From: Seison nebaliae
Lineage: Eukaryota
NCBI GenBank assembly: GCA_023231475.1
Contig: JALJEE010002665.1
Location: forward strand, 1 to 48,749
Reading direction: 5' to 3'
Length of the DNA: 48,749 nt
The notes under the pieces were generated by a model that searched no databases, was not told the DNA's origin, and saw only the letters and a program-made list of their open reading frames with translations. Both the position numbers and the translations under genes were made by a program. This document shows, piece by piece, positions 26,401-43,200 of the stretch; positions within the stretch are counted from its first letter, which is position 1; every line of letters begins with the position of its first letter.

Positions 26401-28172
26401 GAAACTAATGTCGACTCTTTTTCCGTCATCGCTTTCTCCAATTCCATTTTTTCTTTTTCCGTATCGTTCAAGTCTTTCTTCATATTCTCATTGAGAGTTT
26501 CTAGAAAATCGATTTTTGATAATAATCCATCAGTCGTCGATAATTCTAATACAAGATAGAAATAATTATTTCTTAATAAAAATATTGAAAAAAAAACCTC
26601 CTCTATTAATACCACCTCGAATATTGTCAACTTTACTGCTAATCAGATCAGTCGCTTCCCGTAATTTCTTTGTTAATTCTTTTACTTCCAAATCACGTTC
26701 TTTCAGTTGCTTTTTATTCAATTATCATCACTTCAATTTAATTCAATGCAACTAACCGATTTGATGATATTCAAATTATGTACTTGATCCCATTTTTCCA
26801 TTTCTTTCATTTTATCTGTTAATATTATGATTTCATTCTTCAAATTATTAATATCATCATCCTTCACCGTTAATTGACTCTAAATTAAATCAGATCTAAT
26901 AATTGTGAAGAATTCGAAAATTAACTTTCCATTTCTCAACTTTCGTCGATACCAAATTCATTATTTCATCATCTTCTTGTTCTTTTATTTGTAGTTGTGA
27001 TAACAATTCTTCGATCTATAAAAATTATGTATTAATTCACTTATCATTCAAAAATTAACCTGCAATTTCAACTTTTCATTCTCCTGTTGGATTTCATTAA
27101 ACGTTTTATATTGTGCTTGGAGAGAATTGTCATGTTGTGTAATCTCTTCCGTTGTCTTCTTCATTTGATGTTTCGCATCGATCATTTCCTTTCGAGCAAC
27201 ATCTAAATCTCGTCTTAATCGATCATTCTCTTCTAATAACATCTACAACAACCCTCAAAATAGAAGAGAATTAATTTAAAATTTATTAACCGCATTCTCA
27301 TCCAAAACATTATTGAAATCAGTATTCGATTTTTTCATCCTTTCTTGTAATTCACTTAATTCTCCTTTCCTAACGGACATGATTCGATCCGATTGGATCT
27401 TCGCCAACTGTTTCCGTCCATCGGCAATTTCTGCTTCTAAAATTTTTTTCTAAAAACCTTTACCAAAACACGAAATGAATGAGAATGTAACTCGATTGTC
27501 CAATTTGTTAAAATCGTTTTCAAGTTTTTTTATTTTATTTTTCTGTTTGTCAATAATTTGCGATTTGTCTTTAGCATCATCTATTCCATTCAATATTTCC
27601 TTCACATATATTTCCCTTTTAGTTATTTTAGAAATAAACCTTCTGCTTCTTTGAGAGCTTCCATATAAATTTCTGCTTTTCTTTCCGCTCCGATTAATTG
27701 AGCACGAAATTCTGAATTCATTCCCGGATCGAAACTCTGATCTATTCGAGTAGACACACGCTAAATGAATAAATTTGAAGAAAAAATAATATTCGACAAA
27801 TTTAACTTTGTCAATTGCAACTTCTTGTCTCAACATCTCGATAGTTTCATCTGGAAAAATTTTGAAACATTTCCATAAATTTATCATTAGAACCTTTTTC
27901 CACTGACGCGTTGTGAATTGTTTCATATTCTTGACACATTGCTTCAAATTCATTCCTCCTCACTACCAATAACGTTTGTGAGATAGCGAAAGCTTTCCGC
28001 AAATCATCCTCATCATCAATATCATCAGGAGATACCTGGAAAAAAAAATCAGAAAATTAAAAGAAAGGAAAAGAACTTTAATCAGATCATCGAAACAATC
28101 TTCGAGATCACTCGCTTCTGCTTCTTCAAGATCGATCTTTCCAATCTTCGACCAGAATCCTGTTTTACTCAT
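20481..28172 (-). CDS. CEP290: Centrosomal/ciliary transition-zone protein CEP290, ~32 exons
   Basis: Conserved blocks RMREYESGDYQLADAVEEI...RDQTIEKLVKEVNKL...DENEEFRNRL, MKKELSEKTKNLILFRFNEKSL, LEMKELNERQRADHAQKMY, QSKTDEK and IGKSGRSTKELELTIYRMKKIIEK. I joined ~31 short introns in frame by hand (first: 28036-28076). Confidence 0.92.
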
Positions 28173-28343
28173 GATTATTATGGAATTTTCCAAGACGTTT
28201 CCAGAGATCGACTATCATACTTCGTTGTTATTGACAACATTTTAATTGACTCATTATATCCAATTGAATTATTGAGAAATAGTTTTCTATTGAAAATTTT
28301 AGCTGAAAAAAATTAATTAAAAATTTTCAAAGTTTTGGAGAAA
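28173..28343. promoter_or_regulatory. Putative bidirectional promoter between CEP290 and U2SURP
   Basis: Only 171 bp separate the two divergent start codons. No core motif identified. Confidence 0.55.
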
Positions 28344-31597
<3,254 letters not shown>

Positions 31598-31630
31598 TAA
31601 ATTTGCTTCTAATTTGAATTTGTAAAAATT

Positions 31631-32644
31631 TCAAAATTTAAATTTATTCAATTTCTCAATATTTTTTGAATTGGATTGTTTCTCTAATCGGTCGATAAGA
31701 AGACATGCTTGACAGATGGATTGGGATGTGAATTCGCCACATCTCTCACAAGACGATAATGTTCGTTGATTAGTTTGATGATTAGCGAATGATAATTGTT
31801 CAGCTGAATGGATGATATTTATGATGGATTTCGGATCAAACATTTCCATTTGTTTAATTAATGAACGAACATATCCACGGAATGCGAGAGGTGAATAAAT
31901 ACATTCAGTTCTAAAAAAGAATAGAGAAATTATAAAAAGAAAAAGAAAATAAAACGTAAAATAAAGTAATCTCCTTAAATGAGCATACATCACAATCTCT
32001 TTCTCGTAAGTATATTTAAAGGGTTTTGATCGTGGTAAATTGTTTTTACTTCCTGTTACTAATGAGACACATCGCTCTAATTGTATAGCGTTTCCACGTT
32101 GCATATTCATTAGAATTGTCTCCGCTATATCATCGGCGTTATGACCTGTAACTATTTTGGTAGCTCCAATAATTTTAGCACCACGATTTAATGCCTGTCG
32201 ACGAAACGTTCCACAATAAGTACAATTATTCCTATTACCCATCAATTTCACGATCTCATCCATCGTCCATCCAAATACGTCTTTATACGAAAGAATTGTT
32301 AGAGGCAAATCATAATCGATTTGATTCTGTTTCACAGTTTCTAACGAATCGTCTCGATATCCTTTTATTCCTTCGTCGATCGATAATAAATGAAGATTGA
32401 GACCATAATCATATTTGTCATTCAATAGTTTCATAACATACGCGAGAACCGTACTGTCTTTCCCACCACTTGCTCCAATAGCTACTATGTCATTTCTTTC
32501 GAACATCTTACCATCAACGATGGTTCGATGAATCTCAGTCTCGAATTCTTCGAAGAAACATTGGGCACATAATACTGCACGTGTGACAGGTCGCAGGATT
32601 TTCGCTACATCTTCTCCACATCGTTCACATTTCTTCTTCCCCAT
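31631..32644 (-). CDS. CTU1: Cytoplasmic tRNA 2-thiolation protein 1 (Ncs6); one 45-nt intron at 31911-31955
   Basis: PP-loop ASGGKDSTVLA, IDEGIKGYRDDSL, NCTYCGTFRRQAL, TGHNADDIAET, KPFKYTYEKEIVMYA and CxxC pairs. Removing the intron restores YFTTECIYSP. Confidence 0.96.
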   Translation of the reverse strand: MGKKKCERCGEDVAKILRPVTRAVLCAQCFFEEFETEIHRTIVDGKMFERNDIVAIGASGGKDSTVLAYVMKLLNDKYDYGLNLHLLSIDEGIKGYRDDSLETVKQNQIDYDLPLTILSYKDVFGWTMDEIVKLMGNRNNCTYCGTFRRQALNRGAKIIGATKIVTGHNADDIAETILMNMQRGNAIQLERCVSLVTGSKNNLPRSKPFKYTYEKEIVMYAHLRRLLYFTFYFLFLFIISLFFFRTECIYSPLAFRGYVRSLIKQMEMFDPKSIINIIHSAEQLSFANHQTNQRTLSSCERCGEFTSQSICQACLLIDRLEKQSNSKNIEKLNKFKF

Positions 32645-33079
32645 CAATTTTCACCTTATCTCTTTCTTTCTCTCTCAATTATATTGTGCTAATTTGATAT
32701 TTTGGCGAAATTTCCAAACGAAACTTTATTAAAAAAGCTTCAAAAATTTCACGTTTTCAGACAATTAATTTAATTTAATTTAATTAAAGCCAACATATCC
32801 AATTAAAAAAGAGAATATCAATTTCTATTTATAGTTTGTATAAATCTAATATTTGTTCTGATTATAAAAACTTATAACCTTAATTGGTTCAAGTTTAATC
32901 TTAATCGTAGCTAATTGTATTTAGCAAAAAACATCGGAATTCCATAACTTTGAATTATGAAATGAAATAAGGTGTTGTTTAAAAAATGACAATAAATTTT
33001 TCATGACACTTTACCTAATTTAAATCTAACATTAGTTTAAAAAACAAACTAACTTCTACAAAAATGAGGGATGAATTTG

Positions 33080-33850
33080 AAATTTTTACATTGTAAAGTT
33101 TTACGTAGGCGTCATTAAATTTATTTATTACCATATGGTAGTCGACAATAAAAGATTATCTACCTTTATGTTAAAATAAAGCATTTTTGTGGCTCAAAAG
33201 GATGCACGTAAAGTGATCATAACGCACCTACGTTTATTGGTGCAAAACAAGTAATTGAGAATCAATTTAGGATCGAAACAGATATGATTCCTGTGAGATC
33301 TACCTAGTGGAGATTCATTCCCGCTCGACCTTGGTGGGGAAGATTTTACGAAAGAATGGTAGGGTTAGTAAAGAGCCAGCTGAGAAATGAAGGATTATTA
33401 TGTGATAAATCCTACTAAGAATGTGAGACAGCCATAAACGAAATACAAAGGCGAATCAACTCCCGTTCTCTGGGTTACATGTACAAGGATAATAGTGGTG
33501 AACCAACCATTTTAACACCAATTATTGGAAATAATTGGAATAGAAAAAAGTCAAGACTATAAGATGCCCCTTTGGGAATATCAGAATAGAGAAACCTAAA
33601 TCGAAACCGTGAAAAGTTGTTCTTTGAATCTGGATGATACTACGAAGAGAGTCATTAGTTGACTTTGGAAAACAAATGTGCAATAATAGCCGTTTTTTTT
33701 CGGAGAAAGGGCATTCTTTAGACCGTCATAATGGGGAGTGAGCGATGTGAACAAATGACCTAGGAAATGGCGAGATGGTCGGATAAGGAGGAAAAATTGG
33801 AATCGATCAGAATACTACAGTCGAAGATGGAATCTAACTACCACCACGAG
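33080..33850 (+). mobile_element. Decayed BEL/Pao LTR-retrotransposon integrase fragment
   Basis: Broken frames read NAPTFIGA (SDNxxxFxGA-like), WRFIPARPWWGRFYERMVGLVKSQL from 33308, INSRSL (INSRPL-like) and KWRDGRI. Stops and frameshifts are present. Confidence 0.8.
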
Positions 33851-34684
33851 CCTTAAACATGAAGGAATGACCGTCGCACCATTCATAATCGATAGCCGAT
33901 AGCAAGACAATTGAGTAAAATAACGAGGATGGAGATCTTTTGAAATAAACGTACACAGTCTTTCTGAAGGTCGACCGACCCTGTTATCAGAATTAGGTGG
34001 ATCAGCTGATGTACAGTAGATGAAATGGTCGATGAACTCGAGCCAAACAAGTTTTTTCCCACAACCCACGTCTCTTGAGAGAAAATGATGTCATAAGTGT
34101 TGAAAGAAGAAATGGAAGAACGGAGATTAGTTGGACCATGAGTGTTAAACGAAATAAAGTGAATATTACGATCGTTGTTATTCGAATGATCAGAAGTAAG
34201 TCCACCGTGATGTCATAAAGATGTGGACGAAGAAGCTGATGGTACGCTGGGACACGTAGATTGACTGTCCAAAAGAGATGGGCCGGAGATTTTTATGGAA
34301 ATATCGAATGGATTATTGACAAATTCGATACATCGGTCTTTAAGAAAAACGTTTGTTGTTGGACGCTGTTGTTGGAGAGAAAAAGAATTAACGAATATGG
34401 GTTATTTCCGGCCAAAGAACGTGATCCAGAAATTTATTCAAGTTGTCAGCAGTTAACCGAATGATGAAGGAACGCATCGACGTGGAAATGAATGATTTAT
34501 CATTTTCAAGACGAAAATCTATGAAAGATAATTTCGTTCGATTATTATTTATTTTGATGATAATTTGTTAGAAATGAACATTAATTAATTATTATTATTA
34601 TTGACTCATTATCGATTGAATTGATTAAATATAAAAATTATTTGTCATCGACTTTCACTTCACAGTTTTTAAACTTTGTTAGAC

Positions 34685-35074
34685 TTATACAGGCAAATAA
34701 CAAGTCGGCGGTTTACAATTGCTCCAATATTTTTTTTGTTTAATGACATAATCCTTGTCGTAACATTTGCGGGAAGGACAACATACACCACTCATCGGTC
34801 TGTAACAGGTGGTCCCTTCTTCACAATCACAACCTTCACAGACTTCTCCTTTTTTCGCAATTCGTTTTCGACAACGACCAATTTTCAATTGGGATCCCAT
34901 GAAAAGGTTATGGAAACTTTGGAAATGTAAATCGACTAATTCATCCGCTCCGGGATTCACGCAACATTCTCCTTTTGGACATTCACCGGAACTAGAACAA
35001 TGTTTGTCTTCGTCATGTGTTGTCTTGCACAAGACAATGGAGAGAGTAACCAACAGAATTAGTAAAAATTTCAT
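34685..35074 (-). CDS. Secreted Cys-rich peptide, colipase/prokineticin-like fold with a Cys-rich C-terminal extension (paralogue A)
   Basis: Signal peptide MKFLLILLVTLSIVLC. Pattern C-x5-C-x4-CC...C..G..C..CxC..G..C with 14 mature Cys. A TATATAAA lies ~50 nt upstream. Confidence 0.85.
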   Translation of the reverse strand: MKFLLILLVTLSIVLCKTTHDEDKHCSSSGECPKGECCVNPGADELVDLHFQSFHNLFMGSQLKIGRCRKRIAKKGEVCEGCDCEEGTTCYRPMSGVCCPSRKCYDKDYVIKQKKYWSNCKPPTCYLPV

Positions 35075-36337
35075 TTTTTTTCAAATTAACATTGAAATTT
35101 TGATTCAAATATTTCAAAGCTTTATATATCAACTACATTTAACGTAGGTGTAGCATTATAGGAAAATTAACATCTGAAATTCATCTCTACTTTGTCCTAA
35201 TGCTAGTATAAAGGACAAAACTTATAAGTTATAACTATAAACTGATAAAGTAGTTATTTTAAATACAGACGATAAAGACATATATTAACATCTAGATAAC
35301 TTTAACCAAAAGGTGAATATTTAAATTTATCTAACAAATGTATATACAAATCTTGTAAAATAAAAATTTAAGTGATGAGGAAACGAAATACGATGGGAAT
35401 TAACTACCTTCGTTTCCTTTTTAAACTAGGATTAAAATTTTAGAATTAATAAAATTATAATTATTATTAACTATTTATATACTATTAATTAGAATTAATA
35501 GAATTTAGAACTTTTTTTTAGAATTTCTTTTTCATTATTAATCGGATTAAATAGTCGTAGACTGATTTATTCTCTTAAAAATTACAAAGCAGTGATCCTT
35601 TCTGTAAATATTAAGAGTACGTACAACTATAAATTAAATAGATGTTGGAAGAACTAATAACTCATATTTTTGATGATTCTACATTTTTCATTGTTAATGA
35701 TTTAAATATGTCCCTAGTAGATATTGTCATCGTATTAAGTGCGGGAAATGTTTTCAGTGGCAACGTTCAATGTTGTTATGTCAAATATCTATCTCCAATG
35801 AGATGTAATTGTTGCATTAATAAACATGATAGGAATGATGACAATTAGGTGAAGGTAAGAGAAGAGGGAAGAAATATCTTCATACCTTTAGGGATTGAAT
35901 AAGAAAAATAAAAGAGAAAATATCATTAATGTAATATGTAAATAATATATATCACCTTATTTAAGTTCATGGTATGAATAATTATTATTTTTTAGTTGCT
36001 TCCCAATGATGAACTTCGAACATCATTTTGGGAAAGATGACTTATCATTTATGCTTAAATCATGAGAATTTTTAGTATTTAATTAAACCATAATAATTAT
36101 TACATTAATAACACCATTTATGGTAGGTCCGATTTCTATGAGAGAACTTCAAGCAATAAAATTTTTACAAAGTTTTATAAACTAAACATATAATTCACCT
36201 AATTGAACTTTGAATGTTAACTCAAATTAATTTTTAAATGTCCTTAAATCAATCTACATTAGTGTATCTGAAAAAAAAATATATATAACTAATATCATTA
36301 AATTATAATTTTATTTAATGAATAATAATTTACAATA

Positions 36338-36730
36338 CTAGTTTAATTTTCTAGGAAAGAAACAAGTTGGTGGTTTACAATTGCTCCAATATTTCTTTTG
36401 TTGAATAACGTAATCTTTGTCGTAACATTTGCTAGGTGGGCAACATACACCACTCATCGGTCTATAACAAGTTGTGCCTTCTTCACAATCACATCCTTGA
36501 CAAATTTCGCCTTTCTTTGCCACTCGTTTCTGACATCTTCCAACGATCAACTGCGGACCACCAATTAATAAATGGAAATTTGGGGATGAAAAATCCACCA
36601 AACGGTCAGTGTTTGGATTTACACAACATTTTCCTTTCGGACATTCAATGGAACTTGAACATTCTTTCTTTTCAACTGTCTCATTTAGGACTGTTGATAT
36701 CAAAACTATAAAAATAATTATGCATTTCAT
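36338..36730 (-). CDS. Secreted Cys-rich peptide, colipase/prokineticin-like (paralogue B)
   Basis: Signal peptide MKCIIIFIVLISTVL. Same 14-Cys frame, sharing GCDCEEGTTCYRPMSGVCCP and QKKYWSNCKPPTC with paralogue A. Confidence 0.85.
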   Translation of the reverse strand: MKCIIIFIVLISTVLNETVEKKECSSSIECPKGKCCVNPNTDRLVDFSSPNFHLLIGGPQLIVGRCQKRVAKKGEICQGCDCEEGTTCYRPMSGVCCPPSKCYDKDYVIQQKKYWSNCKPPTCFFPRKLN

Positions 36731-37211
36731 TTTGTGACCAGAATGAAATTTAAAATTGTTTCATTCGCTGTACATTCATTGGGAACGTTTGGGAAATTAC
36801 ATGGCTGTTGAAATTTCGGAAATTATTTTTTTTAAATAGAAGATGGTCCTTTAGAAGATGAAAGTGCAACATACATATAAATTCGACTAATAAAACTATT
36901 CACATGAAATCATACGGTTCCTGTTCGATTGTTTATAAATAATATTTCAAAATCAATAGTAATTTTTCGTTTCTGAAAAACGAGAATTAAAGGAAATGAT
37001 GAACAATTTTTTAGAAATTCGACAAGTGAACAAGAATAATTAGTAACTATAAGTAATTAGGTTTGTATTGTTCAATTTACTGGTGAATATAATGGTTTAG
37101 GGGGGGAAGGAAAGGAATAATTTGATGTTCGCATAAAATCAGCTATTAAAGAGTTGTAGAGTTGTATAAGAGAAAAGGGAAATTGAAAAACTGATCATCA
37201 ATAAACTGAGA

Positions 37212-40200
37212 ATGATATTTTTCCTTTTAATTCTTTCATGTTTCAATCAAATTTTCTCCCAAGAAATATGTGACGAAAACTTTATCGTCCGAACTTTAAT
37301 GGAAGAGGAGACACATGAAGATTTCAGTATTGACTTGCATGATTATTGTAAAATGACGAATGATCTCGAATTTGAGGAGTTGAATAGAACGACAACACCA
37401 GAATTTTATCAGCATTATAATTGGAATAAAAATGGAGGTGTTATCCGCAAGAATAATAAGGAATTATTATTCAAAGAGATTAGCAAAACAATTTTTGATG
37501 TGAAAATTTCTCGTTTAGAATTCATCCCTAAAATTATTCGAGTCATAATTTACACGAAGAAGAAAAGGAGAAACATTCCGATTATAAAGAATGAGAAGGA
37601 TTTGCAATATATTCTCGTATCTGAGAAAATCTTATCGTTACCATTAATTATAACGAAAGTTGAGGGTTTCGACGAAGATGAAGATGATAAATTAAAATAT
37701 GAAATAAAACAATTAAACGAATTTAGCAAAAAATTAGACATCCATCCATTTCGAGGTATCATCTCAACGGAAGAAACATTTGATAGTGAAATTGATGATG
37801 AATTTCAATACGAGATCACTGTCCGAGATATGGACAATAATACCGTTTCAATGACAAGTACATTGAAAATTATTGATGAAGATGATAATCGAATAGAATG
37901 TGATTCAGAGAGATTTCTCATCAATTTGGATTTGAAGGCGACGAATGAAGAACGGGAAATTCTTTCGTTTTATTGTTACGATAAAGATTCGTCAGATATT
38001 TGGTCGACAATCGACGGACGGATCGAATATATTCGGCCGAATATTCCTCAATTTTATTTGAAAGATTTTGTGGCAAAATCTCATCGGAATAAAATCAAAT
38101 TAGCTATGAATGGATTACCACCGGTGGATTGGATGTTGTATCATAATTTTCAGATAAAAATCATTTTAACACCCAACACCACAACAATTATTAGTGATCC
38201 AACAATAGTTTATGTTGTCATTCAATTTGCAGATATTAAAGGAAAAACCGATTTCTCATCATCATTTCTTCCGACGTCCACAAATCCGATAATTCAAGTG
38301 CAGGAGAATGTTCATGCGAATGTTCCATTCTCTTATTTGAGTTTGAACAAACAACAATCTTATTCCGATTGTCGATACGAATTGGAGAATAATCGAGACC
38401 TTTTCCAGTTAATTTCAAAAAGACAATTGGAAATGTTAAATTGGAGAATTGGAGAAGTAGTGGAATCGATTGACGATAGACAAAATTGGACTCATGGAGT
38501 TTATGTTCAAACGATGTCGAATCTTTTGGATTTTGAGAAAAGACAAAATTATCAATTGAAAATTTTAATAAAGTGTGGACGACGATTAATTCGTATGGAA
38601 GTGACGATAAAATTGATCGATGTTAATGATAACAAACCAATTTTCACCGAAGTACCACCAGTCTCATATATCGATGAACGGAACACGGATTATGAGGCAA
38701 CATTCACTTGTATCGATCGAGACATTTCTGCTCCATATAATCAAATTCGTTACTCGTTCACTTCTTATGATCATTATTTGTTGGATAAATTTAGTTTACA
38801 TTCAACTTCTGGTGTATTGAAACAAACAAAGAAGATTGATTATGAGAAACTCAAATTCGATAATCCATCATTTAGTGGAATAATAACATTGATGATAAGT
38901 TGTCGAGATCAGGGTGAATTGATGGAATTACCAAATTATCCGATACAACCCCAAACCTCATTGATCACTTCGACGTCATTACAAATTGTGGTGAAGAATT
39001 TTAATGAACATCCACCCCAATTCGAATCGACCATTTTCGTTAAAGCAATTATGGAGAGCGAGAATATTGGTACGATGGTCTCATTACCTTTGGCATTCGA
39101 TCGTGATGGTGATGAAATACATTATCAATTTTTGAACGATAATGACGAAGTAAGAAAATATTTCATTTTAAATCAATTGAATAATGAACTTCGATTATAT
39201 AAGAATATCGATCATGAAATTTTGAAGGAATTGAGATTTACGATTCGAGCTACTGATATATCGAAAGATAATACCATCTCTCATTCCACGAATTTAATGG
39301 TAATATTATCGATTGATGACGTTAATGATAATAGACCAGTTTGTCGACCATCAATTTTGACGATTGATTTGGAGAGCAAAGAATTTGATGGCGAACTCGC
39401 ACAAATTCATTGTGAAGATAAAGATGATCATTATTCAATTTTAACGGCAAAAGTCGACGATGAAGCTGATAAAGACGTGATAAGAATTGAGAAGCGATTT
39501 AATAATTTCTCTTTCATTCTCAATCAACTTCCTTCCACTTTAGTCTCCAGATATGTTATCACTATATCAGATAATGGAGAAGAACCATTATCTGATAAAG
39601 TGATTTTAATATTGAATAATAACAATCGAAATCAATTGGAAATTTTAGATGAATATTCAACCACTTTTCTTGTCAAAGAGACAACTCGTATCGGCAGTTT
39701 AATTGGGAAAATGAACGCGATTGAATTAACTAATTCCTCCATTTCTTATCATTTCACTTCAGAGTTGGAAGATGGAAATGAATTAATCGTAATCGATGAG
39801 AACTCTCAAGAAATGACGATAAATCTCAAAGATTTTCCATTTGAAATTCTGAAACAATCGGGAGAAATTATCACGAAAGATTTCCTCGATTATGAAAAAT
39901 ATGAATTTTATAAATTTAATTTGACTGTGCAATCCGTTTTATTTCCAGGAATCATCTATCAACAACAGTCATATATAGTGGAAGTGATTGATGAGAATGA
40001 TAATCGACCAAAATGTTCCTTAATCAACAACGTAGAGAATGACTTGATTCAGATATCGAATAACATTCCTGCCGATATCATAACGGAAATTCATTGTTTT
40101 GACAAAGATAAAAATTCGATAACTCAAATAAAAATTACTGATCAATTCTTTCTCAATTATAAACCTTTGACAAACGAAAATGATTTGGAAGAGATCTTCG

Positions 40201-43200
40201 CTTTAGACGAAATATCGGAGGGAAAATTTCAATTGAATTTATTGAAGAATTTATCATTAAATTTCGATGAAGATAATATTATTCAATATATCATTTTGTA
40301 TGAGATTATCGATACAGAAAAATATGTTGAGAAGAGAAATTTGAAAATCGAAATTTTGAAAGATGCGTTAGGAATCATTTATTTATCCGAATTGACATCG
40401 ATGAGAATAAAGTTGTGGGAGAATGAACCGATTGGTAAGAAGATTATCGAATTTCCAAATCATTCCGCAAATGAATTAACTATCAGTTCCGGTCCATTGA
40501 ACATATTTGCGAATTATGTTTTTCTTCAAAAAACTTTAGATCGAGAACGAGAAAGTTCATTCCAACAAACCATTAATTCTCCTAATCGTCAAATGACAAT
40601 CGATGTAAATGTAGAAGATGTGAATGAATATGCACCAGAATGTCAATTTAATGGACAGAATTCTTCTCTCGAATTCATGACATATAGCGAGAATGAATTC
40701 CAAGATAATATCATAACGTTCTCTTGCATTGATCGGGACGCCACAAAAATTGATCAATTCAAATTTGAAATATTTAATTCGATCAACGAATTAGACGAAT
40801 TGGAATCCATTTCCAAATATGAAGGCCAATCGAAATTTTATGATTCTCAATCACTCAAAATTCCAACACGATATTTCTATTTGTCTGCTAATAAATTGTA
40901 TAAACATTCTTCAATTTTCATTCCAGCCGGTTCCTACGAAATTACATTGACAGTATCTGATAATGAAAAGAATGGAAATGTTCGGACATATCCAATCACC
41001 ATTATGGTCTTTCCCACATTATTCTTACCAGTCTTCCAATCTACCAGGGAAGAAATCATCGATCTACCAGAAAACACAGATATCTCCATCTTTCTCATCC
41101 GTTTGGAAGTGGATTTATGTTATGTTGATCCATATCTTCAATTGAATTATACGAAACAATCATTATCATATAATCTCCAATATTTCAAATTCGAATTGAT
41201 GAGTGACATAGAGAATCTTTTTGAAATCGTGGATAGTCAAATAATTGTGAAGGATTATTTCGATTATGAGAAAGCAAAATCAGCGAACATCTCAATAAAA
41301 GTCACTGCGAATATCGAAAACTTTTTTTATGAACAATTCAAACAAAATGAAACGATTTGGAATTTCATTAAAGAACATGAATCAAATCTCAACATTCTCA
41401 TACAATTGTCAGATGTTAATGATAATTATCCCCAAATCATCAATATACCAAAAAAACCGTTATCGATTGAAGAAGAATTAGAAAATGAAATTTCAGTTTA
41501 TCAATTCCAAGCGATAGATGAAGATGAGAACGACATCATTTATTTTCAAATTGATGATGAGTCGTCGAAAACATTTTCAATTGATCAATTATCTGGTAAT
41601 TTGACGACACGTTTCCCCATCGATCGAGAAAAGACAAATCAGTTCATTGTGGAAGTAATCGTCTCCAATGAAGTATTGAATAGTTCTACGGAAAATTTAT
41701 TCTCCGTTTATTCCATCATAATCAATATAATCGATATTAATGATAATATACCAGAATTCCAAAGAGATTTATTAATTTTGAAAGTTAAGGAAGAAATTCC
41801 TTTGGTCACTCCATTAGCCATTTCACAGATTGATGAAACTAGAGCGATTGATCGAGATATGGAAGAGAATGCTCATATAATTTATAGTATGAATAATAAT
41901 GAGAATTTTGAAGTCGATTCAACCACTGGTCAAATATTTCTCATCAAGACATTAGATCGAGAAATGAAAGAATTTTACGAATTTGAAATTTATGCACAAA
42001 ATCCAAATAAACAGGAGAAGAATCAGATGAATGTGATTGTGAATGTGAAAGATGAGAATGATCATTTCCCACAGTTTAATGAAAGAGAAATCTCATTGGA
42101 AATCGTTTCGGACAATATCGAATTGAACAAACCATTTTTTCAAATTTCTGCCACCGACAAAGACGATTCGAATACGCCAAATGGAAAAATTAATTATTTC
42201 ATTTCTGCAAATGAAAATTTTGAAATTAATAAATTCTCGGGAAATATTCGTTTGACTTCTCCACTACCAAATGAATCTGATGTTATTCTATTAGAATGCA
42301 GTGCATGTGACGAGACAACAGTGCTCATGAATCGTAGAGAGAATTGTACGAAAATGAATTTATATATCAAAATAATTTCAACATCATCAGGAAATTCGTT
42401 GAATAATTCCACGTTCAATTTTACTTTATTGGAAAATTCACCGAAAAGTTTTTCGATAGAAAATTCTCGAGAAAAATTATCATCCAGTTATAAAGATTAT
42501 GAATTCTCGTTAATTTCTTCAACGGAAAAGGAAATGATTTGTTCCACGAACAACTTCCGAATTAATCCGTTAACTGGAGAAATCATTCAACTTGTTCCGT
42601 TTCTTTCTAAAATGTTCAAAATTTTTCTTTCACTTTTTTTAATAGGAAAGTATCGATCGCGAAATGGATTGTGAAATTATCCGATTGTTAGTTAAAGCAA
42701 CGACTAAATTGAAATCAATTCGATTACTGATCAATATCATAATTTTGGATATAAATGATAATCTACCACAATTTCCTCACAATATTCAACATTTACATTT
42801 CTCCGAAAATATTCGTGATGGTTTTCCTATATTGTCATTCTTTCTAATTGAAATATTTCTCAAAAAATCAGGAACTTTACCTATAGAATTAGCTCAAGAT
42901 AAAGATGATGATTTACTGTCTTATCGAATGATTTTCAATGATGATTATACAAGAAATTATTTTGCATTAGATGAAACTAATTCTCAAATCAAATTACTCA
43001 AATCTCTCGATTTTGAAGAATATGAAGTTCCTTTTCCAATTTATTTCGAAACTTCAGTTTATTTTCCAATTTGTTTCGAAATTTTCATAATAACTTCGAA
43101 TTTGTTTATGATTTTAAAATTTTAATGATTTTCTAATTTTTTGTAGAAATTTGTATTTGTCATCGAAGCGAAAGAAAATTTAACAGAAGAACAAAATAGT

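Noticed and set aside
20481..28193. The many separate short minus-strand ORFs in the ORF track as independent genes
   Set aside because: They are exons of one CEP290 gene. Their Phe/Ile/Leu-rich ends are read-through into introns.
43027..43146. Short direct repeat (TTTTCCAATTT.TTTCGAAA twice) in a cadherin intron
   Set aside because: A simple local duplication. It is not a CRISPR-like array or a mobile element.
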